Source: an uncultured virus (IMG/VR IMGVR_UViG_3300006789_000015)
Lineage: Duplodnaviria; Heunggongvirae; Uroviricota; Caudoviricetes
Length of the DNA stretch: 20,000 bases
IMG/VR virus record: IMGVR_UViG_3300006789_000015
Direction: 5' to 3' (one strand)
The notes under the pieces are model-generated. The model worked only from the letters and a program-made list of their open reading frames with translations, ran no database searches and was not told the DNA's origin. Below, one piece after another: positions 7,559-15,573 of this stretch; position 1 is the stretch's first letter; each line of letters opens with the position of its first letter. The translations under genes were made by a program, and so were the position numbers.

Positions 7559-10105
7559 TTATTTGTTTTTTAGTTGAGATAATTTTGTATAAACCTTACG
7601 ACTCTGAATTCCTATGACGTCCCCCCAAATAACGGGTATATCCCCATTCTTCTTCAATCCCTTAACAATAATGATGTCTTCTTCTTTGGGGATTCTTGTA
7701 TTCATGTCAATGCACTGTTCAATTTTTTTACTAAACAACATTACGTCTATCTTGGCTGTCTCATCTGAGACTATTAATTTAAGATATTTATTATTATTTT
7801 TTGAAACTCTACTTATGGCTTTCTCAACCACACAAGCGCAAACAACAGACATGTCAGAGTCTACTTCAAACATTCTGGAAATGTTTACTAAGGATTGTCT
7901 CTTTTTAGAAAAGACATTTTTTAGAGTGGAGCTATAACTATACCCAAGTAAATACCTTTCATAGTACCAATTAGCAAATTCCTCAGATTTACTATTTAAA
8001 ATAAAAATTTCTTTATAAAGATCAGCCTTCTTCTTTATAGTTTTTAATCTGCTCTCTTTGATGACAAGCTTTCCTTTCTCATCTTCAAATTCTATAAGCT
8101 TTTTGATAACTTTAACTAAATCATAATCATACTCTTCAGCAAACTGATAAACATATTTTTTTTCTCTAGCTGTAAGGAGGTTCCAAAGTTGTGCCTCGTA
8201 AACAATTTTGCTGCGAGACTGTTTGTATGATCCATCTAAAGCTCCAGCTTGAAGCAGAGCGCAGAGAACTCCTAAATTAACTTTAGCTTCCTCCGCTGCT
8301 TGAAAAATTTGAAACTTATTAGAGTATTCATTTTTAAAATTATTAATTTTTTCTATAGACTTTTCTGAAACGCCTTTAATTGACAAAAGCCCAAATCTAA
8401 TATCATCCCCCTCAATAGTAAAATCCATTTCTGACTTCAAAATATGAGGTGGCAATAAATTTATCCCAAAATAAGGTAGCTCTTTTTGTATTGTTGATAT
8501 TTCGTTAATAGGGTCAGGCTCATTTCTAGTCATTTTAAGTAAGGAAAGAAAAAAGCTCTTAGGGTGATTAAACTTTAAGTAAACCGTTATGGCTGCTAAA
8601 GCTGCGTAAGCAACAGAGTGAGCCTTATTGAAGGAGTAATTTGCAGAGTCTTCCAATACTTTCCAAAGGATATCTCCTATCTCTTTATCTAAATTGCTTT
8701 CTTTAACTTTTTCTTTAATCTTCTTTTTCCATTTTCTTACTTCGGAAACTTTTTTCTTACCAACTATACGGCGAAGAATCTCCGCTTCATCTAACGTAAA
8801 GCCAACTTTATTAGCCATCTGCATCATTTGCTCTTGGTATAAGCAAACCCCCCCAGTTGATGATAAAATTTCATCAAAGAAAGGGTGAATTGGCTCGTAA
8901 ACGTCTTCGTTAACGTAACTCGCGTACTGATCAACAAACTTCATAGCTCCCGGACGGGCTAAAGCAAGTACCGCACTTAATTGCTCTAGATTTTTCGGTT
9001 TAACCTTATTGCAAACCCGAAAGGCTAGGTCAGCTTCAATTTGAAATAATCCATGAGGGTGTCTAAGGTCTTGAAAATGTCTGTAAATCTCTTCACTTGT
9101 TAAATCAATATCTGACATTTTTGTGCCAAGGCTTTCGCAAGTGTTAAAAGAAACGGTTACACCCCTCAAACCTAAAACATCAAGTTTAAGGTTGTAAATG
9201 GAAGCCCAGTTCATATCAAAGGAAGAAACTGTAGACTTATCTGAAGAAAGCTCCGTAGGGCAAGTCCCATCCATCAAGTCATAAGAAAGTAAAATTCCAG
9301 AAGGATGTATTCCTTTATTTTTTATTAAAGATTTAAGCTTTAATGCTATGTTATAAGAGCTTCTATTTTCATCGCACCACTCTTTAAACTCTTTTACCTC
9401 TTCATAAGCAGTTTCAATATCTTGGACTTGACCAAAAACTTTTGGGATAAAGCTGGTTATCCTGTTCATCTCGGACTCTTCTTTTTGTCCAACTATTTTT
9501 CCGGACTCTTTTATTAACAACTTACCGCTAAGAGTATTTAAGGTTAATATCTTAGAAGTCCTTCCAAAAAACTTTTCCTCAAGATAACTTAAAACTTCTG
9601 GACGTCTATAATAGCAAATATCTAGATCAACATCACACATTAAAGCACCATCTAGATAGGTTACCCCGTCAACAACTTTTTTCTTAGCTCTAGTCTTAGA
9701 TATAAATCTCTCAAAGAACAATCCATATTTGATAGGGTCAATTTGAGTAACATTAATACAAAACAGAATTAAACTACCTGCCGCAGAACCTCGGCCAAGC
9801 CCAACTGGGATATTACTTTCTCTACAGAAATTTATAACATCCCATACTAAAAGCATATAGTCTGTAAAACCTAAATCTAAAACAGTTTTAAGCTCGTAAT
9901 CTAATCTCTCTTTATATTCTTTTTTATTAACATTTTTCTCTTTTAATCCATTTAGACATATAGATTTTAAAAAAGTAAAATTATCTACGTCTTCACTAAC
10001 CTTATTCTGGCGTTTGTATTTAACGTCAATGTCAAACGAAGGGAGCCTTACTCCATGTATGGGTAAGTCTAAAGCTTTAAATTCGTCTGTAAAAAACTTA
10101 CTCAT
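7559..10105 (-). CDS. dnaE: DNA polymerase III alpha catalytic core (palm/thumb/fingers/HhH/OB), lacking the PHP domain
   Basis: GRGSAAGS, FERF, DVDLD and KLDVLGL (catalytic Asps), LFQIE, ARPG, YQEQMM, YSFNKAHSVAY, IRFGLLSIKGV, and a C-terminal OB fold. The ORF starts at the PHP/palm junction. Confidence 0.95.
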   Translation of the reverse strand: MSKFFTDEFKALDLPIHGVRLPSFDIDVKYKRQNKVSEDVDNFTFLKSICLNGLKEKNVNKKEYKERLDYELKTVLDLGFTDYMLLVWDVINFCRESNIPVGLGRGSAAGSLILFCINVTQIDPIKYGLFFERFISKTRAKKKVVDGVTYLDGALMCDVDLDICYYRRPEVLSYLEEKFFGRTSKILTLNTLSGKLLIKESGKIVGQKEESEMNRITSFIPKVFGQVQDIETAYEEVKEFKEWCDENRSSYNIALKLKSLIKNKGIHPSGILLSYDLMDGTCPTELSSDKSTVSSFDMNWASIYNLKLDVLGLRGVTVSFNTCESLGTKMSDIDLTSEEIYRHFQDLRHPHGLFQIEADLAFRVCNKVKPKNLEQLSAVLALARPGAMKFVDQYASYVNEDVYEPIHPFFDEILSSTGGVCLYQEQMMQMANKVGFTLDEAEILRRIVGKKKVSEVRKWKKKIKEKVKESNLDKEIGDILWKVLEDSANYSFNKAHSVAYAALAAITVYLKFNHPKSFFLSLLKMTRNEPDPINEISTIQKELPYFGINLLPPHILKSEMDFTIEGDDIRFGLLSIKGVSEKSIEKINNFKNEYSNKFQIFQAAEEAKVNLGVLCALLQAGALDGSYKQSRSKIVYEAQLWNLLTAREKKYVYQFAEEYDYDLVKVIKKLIEFEDEKGKLVIKESRLKTIKKKADLYKEIFILNSKSEEFANWYYERYLLGYSYSSTLKNVFSKKRQSLVNISRMFEVDSDMSVVCACVVEKAISRVSKNNNKYLKLIVSDETAKIDVMLFSKKIEQCIDMNTRIPKEEDIIIVKGLKKNGDIPVIWGDVIGIQSRKVYTKLSQLKNK

Positions 10106-10107
10106 AA

Positions 10108-10359
10108 TTAGTTAAAAAACCCTTCGTCTTCATCATTAAAGTCCGTCTCTCCTCCTTCTTCCCCTATCTCTTGCCTAATCGTATCTATAGTCAAATTTAA
10201 AGCGTCTATTATCTCCACAGCTTCCTCTTTAGTGTTGTACTCGTAAAATACATGAACCTGATCAGCTTCTTTGCCCTTCTGTAGAAAGGACATTACGAAA
10301 CTAAAATTTTCCTTTTTGAACTTGTCGATTAAATCGTATACGTAGTCAAATGATGGCAT
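10108..10359 (-). CDS. small acidic hypothetical protein
   Basis: Gaps of 1-2 nt to both neighbours, and an acidic tail ending EDEGFFN. Confidence 0.7.
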   Translation of the reverse strand: MPSFDYVYDLIDKFKKENFSFVMSFLQKGKEADQVHVFYEYNTKEEAVEIIDALNLTIDTIRQEIGEEGGETDFNDEDEGFFN

Positions 10360-10360
10360 A

Positions 10361-10999
10361 TTACATAGATGTTTTTGCTTTTAAGGTATTCCAAACTTTT
10401 AAATTTAGCTCCAAGTCCACAATAGCATTGTGTAGCTTTTCGTAATTATGATCTATATTAAATTCTTTTCCTAATGCGGTAAGGTTTGTCCTTACCCCCT
10501 TTCTTCTAGTGTGGAGCATTTTATATTGATACTCCAAAAAAGAATTACTTAAATCATAATTAATTCCAAGCTTATAACCTCTTGCAATACTTAACGTATC
10601 TACGACTTTATTTGTGATAAAATTATAATCTTTTCCAAAAAGTTTATAAAGAGATTTAATTAAATAGATATCAAAACCTAAAACATTATGACCCACAATG
10701 TAATCACAATTAATAAACCAATCATCAATTGTCGGGAAAGCTTCTTCTGGTTTAATCCCGTCTTTATCTATTTTGCTTTGACTGTACCTTGTGATTCGGG
10801 CGGCTTCGTTACTTATCTTTAAATCTGTATCCCACTTAATATAAAAATCTTTTTCATCGATTTTTTTATTACCTTTAACTTTAATCATTGCAATTTGCCA
10901 AGGAAGATTATGGCAAGAATGAAGACAAAGGTTAAGGGTCTCGCAGTCTACAAAAGTATAAACGGTATCTGAATCAAATTTAAATAATTTATTACTCAT
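10361..10999 (-). CDS. DEDDh 3'-5' exonuclease (DnaQ/epsilon-like)
   Basis: ExoI FVDCET, ExoII VGHNVLGFD, ExoIII LHNAIVD. Confidence 0.9.
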   Translation of the reverse strand: MSNKLFKFDSDTVYTFVDCETLNLCLHSCHNLPWQIAMIKVKGNKKIDEKDFYIKWDTDLKISNEAARITRYSQSKIDKDGIKPEEAFPTIDDWFINCDYIVGHNVLGFDIYLIKSLYKLFGKDYNFITNKVVDTLSIARGYKLGINYDLSNSFLEYQYKMLHTRRKGVRTNLTALGKEFNIDHNYEKLHNAIVDLELNLKVWNTLKAKTSM

Positions 11000-11361
11000 C
11001 TAAAAAGCCTATAGCTATCTTCATCTCTATGGAATTTACTTATTTCAATAAGCGTTACATCCCCGTCTTGAGCCATTAACATATGAGCTTGACCTCTCTC
11101 CATCTCCATGCTTTCGCCCTGTCTACAGGTCATAGTAAACGGATGATGATTTGGCTCTTCTTTATTGTGCAGCATGTCCACACGTAAAACACCTTCTAGG
11201 ACATAAAATGTCTCATGCTTATCTACATGATAGTGCATTGAGCTATGACACCCCTGTTTAATAAAAAGAATCTTACCACAGTAATCTTCCCCCTCATTAT
11301 TGGCTAACCATGTTTCGTGGCCCCAATCTTTTTCTACTTTCTTTGGCCTAAACGGAACCAT
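10996..11361 (-). CDS. cupin, sugar isomerase-like (mannose-6-phosphate / D-lyxose isomerase type)
   Basis: KKVEKDWGHE, SMHYH..KHETFYVLEG, GQAH, LIEIS, DSYR. The likely start is ATG 11361, overlapping the PHP stop. Confidence 0.8.
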   Translation of the reverse strand: MVPFRPKKVEKDWGHETWLANNEGEDYCGKILFIKQGCHSSMHYHVDKHETFYVLEGVLRVDMLHNKEEPNHHPFTMTCRQGESMEMERGQAHMLMAQDGDVTLIEISKFHRDEDSYRLFR

Positions 11362-12112
11362 TTTTTTCCTTCCAACTTTCGAAACAAAATTCATCACTAC
11401 ACATATGATCTAGTCCCGGTTTATTTAACGTACTCCTATTGTTAATGCATCTAAAAGTCAGGTATGCTTTAAAATCTTCTCTGTTTTTGTAAAAGATACT
11501 TTGAGTTTTTAAAGTCTTAAACTTTCCTTCGGCATAAACCTTTACCTTTTCCGAAATTAAATTATCAAACGGTAAGTCATTATCTTCCAGAAAAAATATT
11601 GGGTCAGTAAAATCAATCTCTGGAATACATAAAGAGTCATGAAGGCAATTGTTAAAAATAAAAGAGTCGTAAAACGGGACGCACAACATCAAGTTCGGTG
11701 TCCAAAATTTCTTTAAAGATTTATAATCAATCCTAGGGTAATAATAAAAGCCGTCTTTGGCTGCGAAAGAATAAATCTTAATCAAATCATGATAGCCTTC
11801 AGTATTTTTTATAAAAATAACGAACTTGCACGTTTTCTTTAAAGACTCAGGGCTTTTGTCTTCTACGTCATTACATAAAGAAATTCTAAGCCCATAATGT
11901 AGCTCCGCTTTTGCTTCTTTAGAGTTTAAATAAGCTTGTAAAAATCCGCTCAAGTTATCCTCTAGAAGAAAAAGGTCTTTCACTTTATTTTCTTTAAGGA
12001 TGTCAAAGATAGAGTCAGCACCAAAACTTTTGTTTTCCCCTAACTCGTTAAGAGTCAGTATGCTCCTACCTATGCTGTAGTGAGATTTAAATAAAGGGAT
12101 AACGTTAAACAT
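11348..12112 (-). CDS. stand-alone DnaE-type PHP domain (N-terminal part of Pol III alpha), metal ligands degenerate
   Basis: FKSHYSIGRSIL (cf. H.HS.YSLLDG), LLEDNLSGF (cf. ITDH..L.G), HYGLRI, FIKNTEGYHDLIKIYS, GFYYYPRID, FFLE. The likely start is ATG 12112. Confidence 0.85.
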   Translation of the reverse strand: MFNVIPLFKSHYSIGRSILTLNELGENKSFGADSIFDILKENKVKDLFLLEDNLSGFLQAYLNSKEAKAELHYGLRISLCNDVEDKSPESLKKTCKFVIFIKNTEGYHDLIKIYSFAAKDGFYYYPRIDYKSLKKFWTPNLMLCVPFYDSFIFNNCLHDSLCIPEIDFTDPIFFLEDNDLPFDNLISEKVKVYAEGKFKTLKTQSIFYKNREDFKAYLTFRCINNRSTLNKPGLDHMCSDEFCFESWKEKNGSV

Positions 12113-13133
12113 CAAAATCAAAAGGGTCTTTTTTATTATTAACTTCCACCTTGGCGGCTTCAGCTTTCTCGCTGTAATCTACGATGACATTAGAGGCGTC
12201 ATTCGCGTGATGTCTAGGGCATCCCAAGTAAGTCATTTTCTTTACTTTTTGTTTGTCTCCCGCTACTAAATCATCCTTTTTTGAAGTCTTTAATAGTTTA
12301 TCGTTTTCATCATATAAAGCGTAAAAATCATATGAGTCTCTCAAGGGGCAGACCCAAGTTTTACCAGCAGCACAAAACCATTTTGTCTCAGCTTTATCCG
12401 CTGCATAATTAGAAGTTGCGTCCTGTTGGCTGAAGTTATTTACGACTTCATTTATATAAGATAAGTAATGCTCAAATCCAGATATTTCATCTTTAGTAAA
12501 CTCAAGCTCTTGAATTGGAGCTCTAGGGAATCTTAAAAAAAGAAATCGAACTTTGATCCTCTTAATCCCTTTCTTTAATTTTCTTCCAGCTAACGTGTAC
12601 ATCATAGCTTGACCGTTAGCGTGTAGCCCGTCTCCTTTGAATTTACCTTTGCTAGATTTATAGTCAGTGATTATTAAAGTATCTCCATGAAAAGCATGTT
12701 TATCTATAAATCCTCTTATTTTATATTTTAAACGCTTATTCTCTATCATAAAGCCTACTTCAGCTTCACCCAGCTTTCCCCCTTCTTCGAAAAAATCATT
12801 ATTTAAGCCAACGTAAATCATTTTATCAATTAGCTCATAATTGTCTTTTGTATTAAAATTATAATTATTTAAATGTTTATTTATAAGACGAATTATTGCT
12901 GGACAATTTTCTATAGAATGATCTTTTAATATAGCGTCATAATATTTTCTGTGACGATCCTTCATTAAAAGCTCAAATATAAGGTGACAAATAGAACCTC
13001 TAGCAGAACCTTCATTGGCTTGGTCAGGAAGTTTAAGATGATACTTAGCCCAGTAAGTCCAACTACAATCCTCAAAAGTTTTTATTTTTGACGCTGACAG
13101 TATTTGTCCTACATTTTTATTTTTTTCTGCCAT
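12105..13133 (-). CDS. PD-(D/E)XK exonuclease (RecB/AddB/Cas4-like)
   Basis: LSASKIKTFEDC, GSICHLIFE, AEV, IRGFID, ITDYKS, QAMMY, plus C-terminal cysteines. Confidence 0.88.
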   Translation of the reverse strand: MAEKNKNVGQILSASKIKTFEDCSWTYWAKYHLKLPDQANEGSARGSICHLIFELLMKDRHRKYYDAILKDHSIENCPAIIRLINKHLNNYNFNTKDNYELIDKMIYVGLNNDFFEEGGKLGEAEVGFMIENKRLKYKIRGFIDKHAFHGDTLIITDYKSSKGKFKGDGLHANGQAMMYTLAGRKLKKGIKRIKVRFLFLRFPRAPIQELEFTKDEISGFEHYLSYINEVVNNFSQQDATSNYAADKAETKWFCAAGKTWVCPLRDSYDFYALYDENDKLLKTSKKDDLVAGDKQKVKKMTYLGCPRHHANDASNVIVDYSEKAEAAKVEVNNKKDPFDFDV

Positions 13134-14026
13134 TCTATAATCTCTTCCTTCGACATTTCCCCAAAGTCATTCTTAACATCAGGTAAATGAATTGCTATCT
13201 GATTTTCGTCAAAGTACTTTAAAAACTTATTTTTTGCTTTTTCTGCAGCGCGATTCCCTACCAGATTATTATCTTTATCGTTATTGAATGCAATCACTAT
13301 TTTATCTATATCAAATCTAATCAGAAAATTTAATATCCCCAAGCTTACATCTATACCAAAAACAACAATGACATTTTTTACTCCCGCCTCCCATAAGGAA
13401 AGCATGTCTCCGATGCTTTCTACTAAAATTACATAATTAGAATTTTTTAAAATTTCAAAATTTAAAAACAAAGGGTACTTCCAGTATCCTTTATCTCCTC
13501 GATGCAGCCATTTGGGTAAAGATTTCTTTTTTCTTTCATATATATATCTACCGCTATAGCCAACTAGCTTTTCTTTAGAGTCAAAAATGGGGAATACATA
13601 TCTATTCTTCATCATGCCTTTACCACAAACCCCCCCTTTAAATAAGCGTAAAGTATCTTTAGAAATGCCTCTGTCTATCCAGTATTTATGGTCTGGCAAA
13701 AGCTCATCGAGGTACTCCTTTGGAAAGATTCTTCTATCTTTTATTTTAGGCTTAGGTTCCTCTTTCCTTTCTAAATCAAAACCATTTTTTTCTAAATACT
13801 CTTTAGCCTCAGATATATCGTTTAAATTTAAAGTTATCTTTACTAAGTCTGGTAAAAATCCTCTTACATTCTCACTGTAATCTATCCAAAACCCATTATC
13901 CTTCTTTATAACTAAAGAGTTATCATTTCCGGAATCTCTGTAAATGGGTCGAGCGCGAAACTCTTTACCATTATCTCTAAGGGTATAGCCCAGCCCTGTT
14001 AAAACATCTCTGATTTCCTCCTCCAT
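13109..14026 (-). CDS. dnaG: DnaG-type TOPRIM primase
   Basis: YWIDRGIS, RYVFPIFD..LVGYSGR, PKWLH, LFLN, VILVESIGDMLSL, IAFNND, GNRAA, KNDFGE. It overlaps the helicase stop (TAATG). Confidence 0.88.
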   Translation of the reverse strand: MEEEIRDVLTGLGYTLRDNGKEFRARPIYRDSGNDNSLVIKKDNGFWIDYSENVRGFLPDLVKITLNLNDISEAKEYLEKNGFDLERKEEPKPKIKDRRIFPKEYLDELLPDHKYWIDRGISKDTLRLFKGGVCGKGMMKNRYVFPIFDSKEKLVGYSGRYIYERKKKSLPKWLHRGDKGYWKYPLFLNFEILKNSNYVILVESIGDMLSLWEAGVKNVIVVFGIDVSLGILNFLIRFDIDKIVIAFNNDKDNNLVGNRAAEKAKNKFLKYFDENQIAIHLPDVKNDFGEMSKEEIIEWQKKIKM

Positions 14027-15534
14027 TATAAAAGCCCAAGATCGTTAGGGTCAGAGTCTTGATCATTAAAGATTTCATTTTCCCTGTCAATGACTTCTCT
14101 CAAGCTCTGCTTTTCATCTATATCAAATTTATTAACTTCAAAATTAATATAATTTTTAAAATATTTTGTAGTTTCTATCCTTCTCCCGTGAACCTCCTGC
14201 ACTATAGTTCTTCTTAAGCTGTCTTGATATGTCTCGGAAGCTTTTCCCATGCTTCTAATTTCAACAGGAATTAGCTTATGTGTCCCAAATTCTTCTCCGT
14301 CTAGCTCTCTTTCTTCTGGAGTCTTTTTTCTAAAAATGGCAACTAGTGTAGCAAACCAGTTAATTCTATCTGACAAAGCTGCTGTTGTTGAGTCATCCAC
14401 AATAGACAAAGCATCTTTCCCAAAAGTATCTCCACTTCTATTTTGCTGAAGTGCTGTGATAACTGGAGCATTAATCTCCTCCGCAATCCTTTTTAAAGAG
14501 TCTATTTTACCACCTATTACTTGATGCTCTGCCCAATTTGCCCCAAGTTTTTCTCCTGTAAGTTTAATATAATCATAAGCTATAACACACTGATTACCTT
14601 TTCCGACTTCTTTGTAATACCACCTACGTATCAGAGAGGCGATTTCGTCAATAGTTCTATTTCTTACATGGTAATGATAATAGAAACCGTCTTCCCTGAA
14701 CTCGTCCCATACAGCAGTAACTTTCTTAAACATGTCAGGGTTATCTTTATAATTACCCGTGCTTAAATACCAAAGCGGAACTCCCGTTCTAGCTGAAGCC
14801 ATTCTAAACATCACCTCTTTTGTCGGCATTTCAGTATCAAGGATAAGACATTTTATATTATTTATTTTTGCAGTTTTATAACATATGTCATTTAGCCAAG
14901 TACTTTTCCCTTGCTTCGGTCTAGCTATAATAGAATAAAGATTTCCCGATTTAAGCCCCCCGAAAAAATAATTAAATTTTTCGTAAGGAGTTTTGATTCC
15001 CTCTTCATCTTGAGGGTTATTGCCCCTCTCCTCTAGCTCATCTTTCATTTCTAGAAAGGGTTGCATAGGTTTATCTTCGAGGTCATCTGTAAGGTCTTGG
15101 TTACCGTAAATAGCATCACACCCAGAAGCTATATTACTGAAGCTCTCATTTAGATTATCTTTAATGTGACTTCTGGAATCCTGTAAGACTTTATCTAATT
15201 CTCTACACTTGTAGAGTTTTGAAACTTCATCACACGCTTCTTGCGCGGCTTCTTCATTTATAACTGATAAAAATAAATTTTCTACATAATCAAAAACATT
15301 TACTTCATCATCAAAAGAGGCTCCTAAATTTTTAATTTTATTAGCAATTAAAACTTTATCTAATTTTTCTTGATTTAATAAAGACTGCTTTGCTACTAAA
15401 AATATTGTTTCATGAAGTGAGGAATGAAAACTCTTTTCGGACAAGTAGCTCTGGACGTTAGAAAACACTGTCGGATGTTGCAAAATTCCCGACAAAGCGT
15501 GTCTTTCCAAGCGAACAGAGTGAAGATTCGACAT
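14026..15534 (-). CDS. dnaB: replicative DNA helicase (SF4)
   Basis: DnaB N-domain (ERHALSGIL, FHSSLHETIF), Walker A ARPKQGKST, LDTEM, Walker B YDYIKL, LKRIAEEINAPVITALQQNR. Confidence 0.93.
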   Translation of the reverse strand: MSNLHSVRLERHALSGILQHPTVFSNVQSYLSEKSFHSSLHETIFLVAKQSLLNQEKLDKVLIANKIKNLGASFDDEVNVFDYVENLFLSVINEEAAQEACDEVSKLYKCRELDKVLQDSRSHIKDNLNESFSNIASGCDAIYGNQDLTDDLEDKPMQPFLEMKDELEERGNNPQDEEGIKTPYEKFNYFFGGLKSGNLYSIIARPKQGKSTWLNDICYKTAKINNIKCLILDTEMPTKEVMFRMASARTGVPLWYLSTGNYKDNPDMFKKVTAVWDEFREDGFYYHYHVRNRTIDEIASLIRRWYYKEVGKGNQCVIAYDYIKLTGEKLGANWAEHQVIGGKIDSLKRIAEEINAPVITALQQNRSGDTFGKDALSIVDDSTTAALSDRINWFATLVAIFRKKTPEERELDGEEFGTHKLIPVEIRSMGKASETYQDSLRRTIVQEVHGRRIETTKYFKNYINFEVNKFDIDEKQSLREVIDRENEIFNDQDSDPNDLGLL

Positions 15535-15540
15535 CGAAAA

Positions 15541-15569
15541 TTTATAGCAGCAATAAAAATGTGAGTCAA
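15541..15569 (-). promoter_or_regulatory. sigma70-like promoter TTGACT-N17-TATAAA with extended TG, 6 nt before the dnaB ATG
   Basis: -35 at 15564-15569, -10 at 15541-15546. It shares 16/18 nt with the promoter at 7538-7555. Confidence 0.75.
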
Positions 15570-15573
15570 TAAC

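Noticed and set aside
11290..11350. Stop-codon reassignment or readthrough fusing the polymerase pieces
   Set aside because: Reading through the PHP TAG hits TAA within about 17 codons. The intervening genes are intact in other frames, and coding density is already high with code 11.
10000..11420. Split intein joining the PHP and DnaE core
   Set aside because: The PHP C-terminus (CFESWKEKNGSV) is far too short for an N-intein, and the core N-terminus has no HN-C/S/T junction.
12105..13133. CRISPR-Cas system suggested by the Cas4-like nuclease
   Set aside because: No repeat-spacer array or other cas genes were seen, and the context is replication.
7559..15534. Cellular chromosomal replication locus or dnaE pseudogene
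   Set aside because: The divergent dnaB-dnaG-nuclease-dnaE clustering is phage-like, and all catalytic motifs and reading frames are intact.
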